Shown here in pieces: positions 39,401 through 48,100 of a DNA stretch of 64,000 nucleotides. The notes beneath the pieces were generated by a model. The model was given only the letters and a program-made list of their open reading frames with translations, searched no databases and had not been told where the DNA came from. Each line of letters begins with the position of its first letter. The first letter of the stretch is position 1. A program made the position numbers and the translations under genes. The stretch lies in NCBI GenBank assembly GCA_021201335.1, contig JAJQFD010000016.1:49365-113364 (forward strand), read 5' to 3'. This stretch comes from Bacteroides sp. Its GTDB lineage: Bacteria; Bacteroidota; Bacteroidia; Bacteroidales; Bacteroidaceae.

Positions 39401-39826
39401 TTTATCATTCAGTTCTTCCTGAGATACCACCTTCTCCGCCAGCGCATCGGGATACGTAACCACGTACAATGCTTTGGCATCCTTCTGCATCCGGCTCAAT
39501 ACTTCGGTGCGAAGAATCTCGTTGGCAGCGTCTTTTTGTCCGTACTTTACCGCCCGCCGGAATGATGAAGGGAAAAATAATACCTTATCAGTTCCCAATA
39601 CTTGCGTAAGGTCATGGTAAAAGTATCCTGCTTCTTCCAGATCGCCGAGTACAAACACAAAGGGATGCTCCGAGGCAGTTACCTGGGTGGAAAAAAACAG
39701 AGACGCGCAAGAGGCATGCATCCCCCCGCAATATATATGTCGGATAGTTGAATCTTTCAAAATCGTAGCAAACGCTCCGGCATTAGGGTGACCGGCGTAT
39801 TGCTGCTGAAGTTCGGTTATGGTCAT
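36443..39826 (-). CDS. mfd: transcription-repair coupling factor
   Basis: About 1127 aa. It has superfamily-2 helicase motifs (GDVGFGKTE, DEEQKFG) and the TRG region. The start at MTITELQQQY (39826) is favoured over 39856, which would be nearly leaderless relative to the -7 box at 39867-39874. Confidence 0.96.
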   Translation of the reverse strand: MTITELQQQYAGHPNAGAFATILKDSTIRHIYCGGMHASCASLFFSTQVTASEHPFVFVLGDLEEAGYFYHDLTQVLGTDKVLFFPSSFRRAVKYGQKDAANEILRTEVLSRMQKDAKALYVVTYPDALAEKVVSQEELNDKTLKLHVGEQVDTEFIREVLESYDFQYVDYVYEPGQYAIRGSIIDVFSFSSEYPYRIDFFGDEVDSIRTFEVETQLSKDRKESIAIVPDLAMVSDGNISFLDFIPRETVLAIRDFFWLGERIQAIQNEVNENVTLKNEDEIKELAVQADKLRSLLIDGKTFTRKALDFRRVEFGNKPTGTPEATLSFDTSVQPIYHKNFDLVAASFKEYLAKGYTLYICSDSKKQTDRIRAIFEDRNDQITFTPVERTLHEGFADNQLKICVFTDHQIFNRFHKYNLKSDKARSGKVALSLKELNQFIPGDYVVHTDHGVGRFAGLVRLPNGDTTQEVIKLVYQNEDVVFVSIHSLHKVSKYKGKEGEPPRLNKLGTGAWEKLKERTKSKIKDIARDLIKLYSQRRQEKGFAYSPDSFMQNELEASFIYEDTPDQSKATTEVKQDMERPIPMDRLVCGDVGFGKTEIAIRAAFKAVTDNKQVAVLVPTTVLAYQHFQTFKERLKDFPCRVEYLSRARTAAQTKAVLKGLKDGDVNILIGTHRILGKDVQFKDLGLLIIDEEQKFGVSVKEKLRQMKVNVDTLTMTATPIPRTLQFSLLGARDLSVISTPPPNRYPVQTEVHTFNEEVITDAIAFEMSRNGQIFFVNNRIANLPELKTLILRHIPDARIAIGHGQMEPVELEKVIMGFVNYDYDVLISTSIVESGIDIPNANTIIVNQAQNFGLSDLHQLRGRVGRSNKKAFCYLLAPPLSSLTTEARRRLQAIENFSDLGSGIHIAMQDLDIRGAGNMLGAEQSGFISDLGYETYQKILTEAVKELRTDEFSELYAQEVDSSGVIAGEEFVEEATIESDLELLLPDTYVTGSSERMLLYRELDKLTLDLDVEAFRTRLEDRFGPLPVETQELLRVVPLRRIAARLGVEKIFLKGGRMTLFLVSNPESPYFKSAAFGKLISYMMKYPRRCDLREKNGKRSMLIKSVPNVETAVQVVQEMLAMEGSDA

Positions 39827-39866
39827 ATCTTTCTGGTGGTATCCGCTTAATGGCATAAATTTCCTG

Positions 39867-39874
39867 CAAAAGTA
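39867..39874 (-). promoter_or_regulatory. -7 box (TACTTTTG) for mfd
   Basis: It is part of a divergent promoter region shared with the GT2 gene. Confidence 0.45.
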
Positions 39875-39926
39875 CTAAATTATACTTACTTTTGTACCTG
39901 ATGCTTTTTAATAAAAAGAAATATGC

Positions 39927-39934
39927 TACATTTG
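39927..39934 (+). promoter_or_regulatory. -7 box (TACATTTG) for the GT2-pyrC-MetH-domain operon
   Basis: It lies 32 nt upstream of ATG 39966. A second match, TACTTTTG, lies at 39887-39894. Confidence 0.45.
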
Positions 39935-39965
39935 TTCACATTATGTATGTTAATTGAATAGTCGA

Positions 39966-40703
39966 ATGTGTGATCGTTTAGTTATTATTCCGACTTACAA
40001 TGAGCGTGAAAACATCGAAAACATTATCCGCGCCATCTTTAAGCTGGAAATACTTTTTCATATTCTTGTCGTTGAAGACAACTCCCCCGATGGAACAGGG
40101 CAAATCGTTAAAAGCTTACAACAAGAATTTCCGAACCAACTTTTTATTCTCGAAAGGAAGGAAAAAGCAGGGCTAGGTACAGCCTACATCGCGGGATTCA
40201 AATGGGCGTTGCAACACCACTACGAGTATATCACTGAAATGGACGCTGACTTCTCTCACGACCCCAAAGACTTACCTAAACTCTATAAAGCCTGTGCCGA
40301 AAAAGGTGCAGATGTATCCATCGGTTCGCGGTATGTGAAAGGCATCAGTGTGGTTTACTGGCCCATGGGCAGGGTGATGCTCTCCTATTTTGCTTCACGC
40401 TATGTGCGTTTTATTACACGTATTCCCGTGCAGGATACCACTGCCGGCTTTGTGTGTTACCGCCGGGAGGTGCTCGAAACCATCGGACTGGATAAAATAC
40501 GCTTTAAAGGTTACGCCTTCCAGATTGAAATGAAGTTTACCGCCTACAAATGCGGTTTTACGATAAAAGAAGTTCCGGTGATCTTCGTCAACCGCGAACT
40601 GGGAACTTCCAAAATGAACAGCAGCATCTTTGGCGAAGCCGTATTTGGCATTATCAGCATGAAGATAAAAAGCTGGTTCCAAAAATACCCACAAAAGAAA
40701 TGA
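39966..40703 (+). CDS. GT2 polyprenol-phosphate mannosyltransferase (Dpm1-like)
   Basis: It has the IIPTYNEREN, VEDNSPDGT and DADFSHDP motifs. ATG 39966 is preferred over the TTG at 39954. Confidence 0.9.
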   Translation: MCDRLVIIPTYNERENIENIIRAIFKLEILFHILVVEDNSPDGTGQIVKSLQQEFPNQLFILERKEKAGLGTAYIAGFKWALQHHYEYITEMDADFSHDPKDLPKLYKACAEKGADVSIGSRYVKGISVVYWPMGRVMLSYFASRYVRFITRIPVQDTTAGFVCYRREVLETIGLDKIRFKGYAFQIEMKFTAYKCGFTIKEVPVIFVNRELGTSKMNSSIFGEAVFGIISMKIKSWFQKYPQKK

Positions 40704-42055
40704 AACGTACCCTACTCAAAAATGCTCTGATCGTTAATGAAGGACAGGTTCAACCTGGCTCTCTCGTTATTGAAGGAGAAAAGATAGCTGAAATCTTACC
40801 CGATGGTCAGCAACCATCAACACCCTGTCACGATGAAATCGACGCTCATGGATTCTATCTGATTCCGGGGGTCATCGATGAACACGTACATTTCCGTGAT
40901 CCGGGTTTAACCCACAAGGCTGATATCTTTACCGAAAGCCAGGCAGCCGTAGCTGGCGGGGTGACTTCCATTATGGATATGCCCAACACCAATCCGCTGA
41001 CGGTAACCCTCGAAGCACTGACCGATAAGATGGAACTATTGAGCCAAAAATCACTGGCCAACTATTCCTGCTACCTGGGAGCAACCAACAAAAACTATAC
41101 ATTATTCAACCAGCTGGACCCACATACCGTCTGCGGAGTTAAACTCTTTATGGGCTCCAGCACGGGTAACATGTTGGTAGATGATCCTACCGGATTGCTG
41201 CATATCTTCCATGGAACCGATTTACTGATAGCCGCCCATTGTGAAAGCCAGGAGATCATCCAAGCGAACGTGGAGAAATTCAGGAAGCAATACAATATCC
41301 AGCCGGGAGACTCTGGTGATATTCCTTTAAAACATCATCCGGATATCCGTTCGGTCGAGGCTTGTTATAAATCATCCAAACTAGCAGTCGACTTGGCTCA
41401 AAAGAGCGGTGCCCGTCTGCATATCCTGCATATATCTACCGCCAAAGAGCTTGAATTGTTCCGCAATGATCTTCCGTTAAGTCAGAAACAAATCACTGCC
41501 GAAGCTTGCACACCGCACTTGGTCTTCACTTCCGATGATTATGAGACGTACGGTACCCGCATCAAATGTAATCCGGCCATCAAAGCCGAATACAACCGGG
41601 AAGCCATCCGGCAAGCCGTCAACAACGGATTGATTGATACCATCGGAACCGACCATGCTCCTCACCTCCTCTCCGAGAAAGAAGGCGGTGCCTTAAAAGC
41701 GATGTCTGGTATGCCTATGATTCAGTTTTCGCTCATTGCTCTGCTGGACCTAACCGACCAGGGAGTTTTTACCATAGAAACGCTGGTGCAGAAAATGTGT
41801 CATGCTCCGGCGGATCTTTACCAGATCAATAACCGCGGTTATCTCCGTCCCGGATACCAGGCTGATTTAGTATTGATAAACCCCAACAGTTCTTTCGATC
41901 CCACCGAACATATTCTCAGCAAATGCCAGTGGACACCGCTAAAGAAAAAGAACTACCGTTGGGAAATAGATAAAACGTTTGTAAACGGACACCTGGTTTA
42001 TGCCGACAGGCAAATCGACGAATCATACCGGGGACAAGCCTTGCGATTCCGATGA
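40700..42055 (+). CDS. pyrC: dihydroorotase-type cyclic amidohydrolase
   Basis: It has DEHVHFRDPG (HxH) and about 450 aa of amidohydrolase fold. The start MKRTLLKN overlaps the upstream stop as ATGA. The ORF-track start at 40550 is an out-of-frame overlap with the GT2 gene. Confidence 0.88.
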   Translation: MKRTLLKNALIVNEGQVQPGSLVIEGEKIAEILPDGQQPSTPCHDEIDAHGFYLIPGVIDEHVHFRDPGLTHKADIFTESQAAVAGGVTSIMDMPNTNPLTVTLEALTDKMELLSQKSLANYSCYLGATNKNYTLFNQLDPHTVCGVKLFMGSSTGNMLVDDPTGLLHIFHGTDLLIAAHCESQEIIQANVEKFRKQYNIQPGDSGDIPLKHHPDIRSVEACYKSSKLAVDLAQKSGARLHILHISTAKELELFRNDLPLSQKQITAEACTPHLVFTSDDYETYGTRIKCNPAIKAEYNREAIRQAVNNGLIDTIGTDHAPHLLSEKEGGALKAMSGMPMIQFSLIALLDLTDQGVFTIETLVQKMCHAPADLYQINNRGYLRPGYQADLVLINPNSSFDPTEHILSKCQWTPLKKKNYRWEIDKTFVNGHLVYADRQIDESYRGQALRFR

Positions 42056-42894
42056 TAACCAGTTACGCTATCCATGAAGTAACATCCTACATCGACTGGG
42101 TGTACTTCTTCCACGCATGGGGATTCCAGCGTTGTTTTGCTGCCATTGCCAATATTCACGGATGCGACGTCTGCCGGGCTACCTGGCTGACTACCTTCCC
42201 GGAAGAAGACCGGGCCAAAGCCGCGGAGGCCATGCAACTATTCAAAGAAGCCAACCGAATGTTAAACCAACTAGATCAGGATTATAAAACACACAACATC
42301 CTGATGCTTTGTGAAGCCAACTCCGAAGGAGATAATCTCTGGCTAAACGGCATTGAGCTTCCTCTGCTCCGGCAACAAACCAAAAGCCGGAAAGAGGAAG
42401 CTTTCCTCTGCTTAAGTGATTTTGTTCGTCCGCTCTCTTCGGGTATTAAAGATGAAGTGGGCGTATTTGCTTCCAGTGTTGACCCAGAAACAGAACAACT
42501 GTATCTGGATGACCCTTACAAACGAATGTTGGTTCAAACCTTATCCGACCGTCTGGCAGAAGCCACCACGGAAAAGATGCACCGCGATCTTAAAAGAAAT
42601 AGAAACGCGGATTGTATCCGGCCGGCAGTAGGCTACCCTTCCCTGCCCGACTTATCGGTTAACTTCATCCTGAATGAAATCATTGACATGAAGCGGATTG
42701 GCATTACCTTGACTGAAAACGGAATGATGCGCCCGCACTCGTCTGTATCGGGATTGCTGTTTTTTCATCCGGCAGCCCATTATTTCCCGGTGGGTAAAAT
42801 CGGGGAAGATCAACTGAAAGATTATGCAAACCGCCGGGGCATGGACATCGAAATCATGAGAAAGTATTTGTCGGGCAACTTAGCACCTGCGTAA
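42052..42894 (+). CDS. stand-alone methionine synthase (MetH) AdoMet-binding reactivation domain protein
   Basis: 280 aa, collinear with the E. coli MetH C-terminal module: YIDW..FF..W, LLRQQT, LSDRLAEA, IRPAVGYPSLPD, SVSGLLFFHP, DYANRRGM. The start overlaps the upstream stop (ATGA). Confidence 0.85.
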   Translation: MITSYAIHEVTSYIDWVYFFHAWGFQRCFAAIANIHGCDVCRATWLTTFPEEDRAKAAEAMQLFKEANRMLNQLDQDYKTHNILMLCEANSEGDNLWLNGIELPLLRQQTKSRKEEAFLCLSDFVRPLSSGIKDEVGVFASSVDPETEQLYLDDPYKRMLVQTLSDRLAEATTEKMHRDLKRNRNADCIRPAVGYPSLPDLSVNFILNEIIDMKRIGITLTENGMMRPHSSVSGLLFFHPAAHYFPVGKIGEDQLKDYANRRGMDIEIMRKYLSGNLAPA

Positions 42895-42979
42895 CTTCCA
42901 TCCCATACCTACTATACATTCTTTTAATTTATTCCTTTCTTTTGTGATTTTCATACGCTAAACACGACTTATCAAACAA

Positions 42980-43495
42980 ATGCACTCGAAAAGCACCATA
43001 AGTGATCGGCTGGAACAGGAATTCCTGTCAACCATCAAAGAGTATGAGCGGGTAATATATAAAGTCTGTTACTTATATACTACTCCTCATATCACATTGA
43101 GTGACTTGTACCAGGAAACCATCATTAACTTATGGAGAGCTTATCCAAAGTTCAGGCACGAGTGTAAGATTTCGACTTGGATTTACCGTATTGCATTGAA
43201 CACTTGCATCAGCTTTATCCGGAAGCAAAAAAACATTCCGGAGATTGTTACCCTCACACACGAGGTTAACAGCATTATGGAAGAACAGGATGCCCTGCAA
43301 AGCATGCTTAAGGAGCTTTATTTACTCATTAACAGGCTGGGGCAACTGGATAAGTCTATTATTCTGCTCTATCTCGAAGAGAAAAGCTACGAAGAGATAG
43401 CAGAGATTACCGGCCTAACCTTGACGAATGTTGCCACCAAACTGAGCCGGATCAAAGATAAACTCAGGAAAATGAAGAATGAAAATGACAAATAA
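42980..43495 (+). CDS. ECF-type RNA polymerase sigma-70 factor
   Basis: 171 aa. The sigma region 2 (WIYRIALNTCISF) and region 4 (SYEEIAEITGLTLTNVATKLSRIK) patterns are present. Confidence 0.9.
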   Translation: MHSKSTISDRLEQEFLSTIKEYERVIYKVCYLYTTPHITLSDLYQETIINLWRAYPKFRHECKISTWIYRIALNTCISFIRKQKNIPEIVTLTHEVNSIMEEQDALQSMLKELYLLINRLGQLDKSIILLYLEEKSYEEIAEITGLTLTNVATKLSRIKDKLRKMKNENDK

Positions 43496-44117
43496 TATGG
43501 AACTGGATGATTTAAAGAAGACATGGAATGTGCTAGACAAACAGTTGCAAAAGGAAAACCTACTGGATGAAAGTCAGGTAGCAGAACTGATTACCCAACA
43601 CAAAACCGGTGCCAGTAAGGGCATCAACCGCATCCGTCGTTGGCAAAAACTCTCGGTTGCAATTGGTATTTGCGTGCTTTTGTTGATGGTACTGGTAGTT
43701 GCCTTTTCATCGTCGCTGTCTACCTTTGGCTATCTGAATTCCAAAGTTTATGCTCTTCTTATATTCCTCGTATTCACCGTCATCGGTGGAATGTGGTGGG
43801 ACATTAAAACGTATAACATGATCCGGAAAATCCGCGTCGATGAAATGCCGGTTGTTACGGTCATTAAGCAGATCAATACCTTCAAAAAATGGATGCGGTA
43901 TGAGCTGATCATTGTTTGCGGCTGGGTAATCATATTCTTTGCCCTGTATTACTGGAACATGGGTCTTTACCATCAGCCATTCATCAACCAACTCCTGCTG
44001 ATCTCTGTATTCCTGGCCATTACCTTCGCCCTTGTGTTCCTGGTTTATAAAAAACTTATTTATAATAACCTGGAAGATGTACGCCGGAATTTGAATGACC
44101 TGAAAGATTTGTCATAA
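43479..44117 (+). CDS. membrane protein, putative anti-sigma partner
   Basis: It overlaps the sigma gene by 17 nt. It has a cytoplasmic N-terminus followed by 4 TM segments. There is no recognisable domain. Confidence 0.55.
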   Translation: MKMTNNMELDDLKKTWNVLDKQLQKENLLDESQVAELITQHKTGASKGINRIRRWQKLSVAIGICVLLLMVLVVAFSSSLSTFGYLNSKVYALLIFLVFTVIGGMWWDIKTYNMIRKIRVDEMPVVTVIKQINTFKKWMRYELIIVCGWVIIFFALYYWNMGLYHQPFINQLLLISVFLAITFALVFLVYKKLIYNNLEDVRRNLNDLKDLS

Positions 44118-44947
44118 TAATATATAATCGCCACAGTTCCCAGCATACAAAGGAAGCTACAGATGATGGACCCTTCAAAACCAAAGCTTCCACCGTTGAG
44201 GATATTCGGTTCGGGAAGATTGAGGGTAAGTACAGACGGAAACATATTGGAACCACTGACTCCAAATCCCAACACAGAACCCTGAATCCAGTTCCAGGCA
44301 GTATGCAGAACGATCGGGAACCATAAATTCCGGGTGTACATATAAGAAGCTCCCAACAGTAATCCGGCAAGGAACAGGTTGAAAAGCGAAAAGAAGGTCA
44401 CATTGTCATTGAAAGCATGCAACAAAGAAAAAACCAGGGAAGCAATAGCCAGGGAGGCAAATCTATTGAGTTTTGTCATCAGTAATCCCTGGAAATATCC
44501 TCGCATCATGACTTCTTCCATGGATGCAGCAATAAAATAAAACAATAGACTACCGAAAAAGGCCAATCCATTGAATTGAACGGATGTAATTTCCACCGCT
44601 CCCAATCCCAGAGATAAACCAAAACCAATTACATATAAAACTGTGGCAAACATAAATCCGGCAATGCAATCTTTCCAACGTCCTTTTATACTAAAACCGA
44701 TTGAAGAAACCGGACGACGATCCAGTACTTTCGTAAAAAAGATAGCACAAGCAGTCACAGAAGTCAGAGATATCAGAGATTGCAGACATTGCCATCCTAT
44801 CCTTGCTGCCATCGACTCTGGTTTAGGAAGAAAATATAACGGTGACATTAATACTCCCATGACAACCACACAGGAAATCATATATAATACCAATGACGCC
44901 CATATAGGCACCAATGGCTTGGTAGATTGTGGAGAAGTTTCGTACAT
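44060..44947 (-). CDS. CPBP (CAAX) family intramembrane glutamic endopeptidase
   Basis: It has the EEVMMRGY (EExxxR) and FSLLHAFN (H motif) signatures in a polytopic protein. Confidence 0.85.
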   Translation of the reverse strand: MYETSPQSTKPLVPIWASLVLYMISCVVVMGVLMSPLYFLPKPESMAARIGWQCLQSLISLTSVTACAIFFTKVLDRRPVSSIGFSIKGRWKDCIAGFMFATVLYVIGFGLSLGLGAVEITSVQFNGLAFFGSLLFYFIAASMEEVMMRGYFQGLLMTKLNRFASLAIASLVFSLLHAFNDNVTFFSLFNLFLAGLLLGASYMYTRNLWFPIVLHTAWNWIQGSVLGFGVSGSNMFPSVLTLNLPEPNILNGGSFGFEGSIICSFLCMLGTVAIIYYYDKSFRSFKFRRTSSRLL

Positions 44948-45038
44948 AGGGATTCTTTTTTAGTTGTAATATACAAAAGAACAAAAAAACATCTCTTCAT
45001 CAAAAGTTATTGACTTACATTTTCACTATAAATAAAAG

Positions 45039-45062
45039 TATGCCGCTACCTATGCCGCTACA
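45039..45062 (+). repeat. tandem direct repeat 2 x 12 nt (TATGCCGCTACC TATGCCGCTACA)
   Basis: Read directly from the sequence. It lies 60-83 nt upstream of the putative -7 box of the Yeh-like cluster. Confidence 0.8.
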
Positions 45063-45121
45063 TTCTATCACTTTCTTCGGTTTTTATCCTTTGTGGGTTT
45101 ACGTATTAGAATTATTTTCCC

Positions 45122-45129
45122 TAAGTTTG
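45122..45129 (+). promoter_or_regulatory. -7 box (TAAGTTTG) for the Yeh-like cluster
   Basis: It lies 68 nt upstream of ATG 45197. A 6-bp hairpin in the leader lies at 45143-45159. Confidence 0.4.
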
Positions 45130-45196
45130 TGTACTTAAAAACCAGCTTACCTAAAGCTGTTTAATTGTATCAATCCTTGTAATAAGACAAACATTG

Positions 45197-48100
45197 ATGG
45201 AAAAACATAAGATGATCGAGTTGTGGAAAAAACAATTCGGGAACAGTTATTATCAATTTAATTTTCTGCCCAAGGTCTATGAGTACTTTGCAGGACAAAC
45301 AAAAGAAATATCAAGCCCGGTTACCGACACCGGCAGGAAGTATTATGTCTCTTACGAAGAATGGATTCAACAAGAATTGGATACAGATAACGCGGAATTA
45401 GCCCGCCGCATGCTGGTTGTTATCTCGAAGATGCGTTCGGAAGGATTGGTCTCTAATGCTTATACAGCCGTCAAAGATGTAGAGCTTTGTTTGCGGATCG
45501 GTTATGACTTTGAATCTGTCATACAGGAATCTATCCATAAAATTAAGCTGATCAATGCTATTGACTTCCATAAAATAGCCCGTTTACTGGCAGAATATCA
45601 TCCCAAAGATGCTGAAATATTTGCTGACAGGTTAGTTTCCGATGAGTTACAGGAAATGATTACCAGGCGGGATATCAAACGGGATTTATACCTGGCCCTC
45701 CACCTGGCAACCATACTGCTGAAAAAAGACAAAAAGAAGTATGCACGCTACTTGCCGATACTTATATCCATCCGGGAAAAGGTTCAGGATGAGAAAATCA
45801 CGGTCATGTTGTATGAAGGCTATATGCTTTCCCCTATTCTCAAGCAACAGCTTCAGGAAGAAATCTCCGGGAAACTGCATAACAGTCGTTTAATATGGCA
45901 GCTAACCAGTACTGAAACTATGCGGTCCTTTCTGGATTCGATCGGTTCTTCCCAGTGGCCGTATTATTACCTGGTGATGAATGAATTTATTTCTGTACCC
46001 AATAAACCAGAGATTTTCCACACACTTTATCAAGAAAACAAAAAGGTGTTTATGGATCTCTACCAACGGTTACTCCAATCCAGGGATATTTCCAATTTTA
46101 AATATGTTCCTTATTTATTAGCAATTCTTCTCAAAAACAAAGAGAGAAGATCTGATTTGGAAGAACACGGAGTTATTCTGATCAGTTTGATGAAGTGCCT
46201 GCTGAATGAATATAGCGATCGAAACAAAGAATACAATCTGTTCAACCTGGTGGATGAAAAGATCCCTATTACGGACTTGGAACCCCTTTCTTTTTCCAGG
46301 GCTTTTAATCGGGGAAATGCGGAAATCATCATTAGTGGGTTTTCCTTGTTATATGATTACTCCCCTAAAGCCAAACGCTTCATACATGCCTTATTGACAA
46401 ACGTCTTAAAAAGTATCCGAAGCTATCATATAATTACCTATACAGCCGGCTACTTTCTGAAAAGCCGGAAAGCATGGCTGGATATTCCGGCTGATAAAAG
46501 TCTGACAACTTTATTACAATCCAAAACCCGGTTTACTGTTTCAAATGTCTTTGATCTCTATTGTCTGGCATTTTCCTATGCTGGACATTTGCAATCCATT
46601 GCCGCTGATACTGTTACACCCGAATTTATCCGGATGTACAAAAAAGAGGCCCTTCAACTGCTTAAAGGTGACAATCTGAATATTGAGGAAACAGTCGTAT
46701 GGATGGATCTGCTTTACTTCTCAGCTGGGTTTGATGACTATACCCCTCTTTTCGATCTGCTCGGAAACAAATCCAAGCTCATCCGAAAAAAAGCAGAAGA
46801 AATTATCAATGAAAAAGAAGAAACCATCCGTCCGTCCCTCGAAAAGAAGATACCCACTCTTAAGAAAGATGCATTGGCTGCTGCTAAACGGTTAATCAAA
46901 CGGTGGGATAATGACCGGAAGTTTGGTGCGGATTTTGTTTTTACTGATAATCAAACCGTCATTGATTTCTGTACCGATAATTATGATGAAAGTAACCAGA
47001 AACTAATCTCATGGATATCGGATGATTTATTGGCAGATGCTCGTTTTGTCGATTTATCCGGTAAAGCTCCGGCGATTGTTCTGAAATACATCCTTTCGGA
47101 ATACATGGCACTGGAAGAAGCGTACAAGATAAAAGCATGCGATAAGGTAATCGAAAGACTGCACTTACCGGATTTTCAGGCAACACTGGAAAATATCTAT
47201 CTGCTCTGGAAGGAAAACAATGCCGAAACAAAAAGGAAGATGATAATGGTGCTTTACTGTATCTATGCTTCCGACTCACAGATACTCAAGCTGAAGAATC
47301 AACTAAAAGACTGGGCGGAAGCTGCTCGTGGTGCAATTGCCGCATTCGTAGTAAATGCTATCGCCATGAACGGAAGAAGTGTAGCTCTCATGATGATTGA
47401 CAGTATTGCAGCCAAATTTCCGAATAAGCAGGTTAAAGGAGCCGCTCAAACTGCTTTCTCTTTTGCGGCCAAAGCATTGGAAATACCAGAAGAGGTTCTC
47501 TCTGACAAGATTGTACCCACACTGGGTTTTGATAAGGAGGGCACGAAGACAGTAGACTATGGTACCCGCACCTTCACGCTAACCTTACTGCCCAACTTCT
47601 CTCTTACCATTTTTGATAATGAGAAACAAAAAGAGATTAAATCAATGCCTGCTCCTGCTGCCAATGACGATCTCGTAAAGGCATTAGCAGCTAAAAGGGA
47701 GTTCTCGGAACTGAAAAAACAAATCAAAGCGACCGTACAAACCCAGACCAGCCGGCTGGAGAAAGTATTAACAAATGGAAGAACATGGAAAACAGATGCC
47801 TGGAAAGAGCTTTTTGTGGATAACCCGATTATGCACCGCTTTGCTATTGGATTGATCTGGGGTATTTATACCGACAACAATCTGACAGATACATTCCGTT
47901 ATATGGAGGACGGAACATTCAATACTGTCGACGAAGAGGAATATAGGCTACCAGATGATGGTGCGATTACGTTGATACATCCTTCGGAATTGGATGCAGA
48001 TACTTTATCTCAGTGGAAAGAGCAACTCGATGATTATGAAATAGCACAACCTCTTCCCCAATTGTCAGCACCTGTGATAGCCATCGAGCTCCATGAAATC

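Noticed and set aside
40550-40699. The dihydroorotase ORF has a 50-codon N-terminal extension (track start 40550).
   Set aside because: It overlaps the 3' end of the GT2 gene out of frame, and its translation is Arg/Gln-rich nonsense. ATG 40700 gives a typical MKRTLLKNALIVNEG start and an ATGA junction.
44060-44117. The convergent anti-sigma-like and CPBP genes overlap by 58 nt at their 3' ends.
   Set aside because: It is probably just unconserved C-terminal read-through of one or both ORFs. It cannot be resolved without homolog alignments, so I do not treat it as a regulatory feature.
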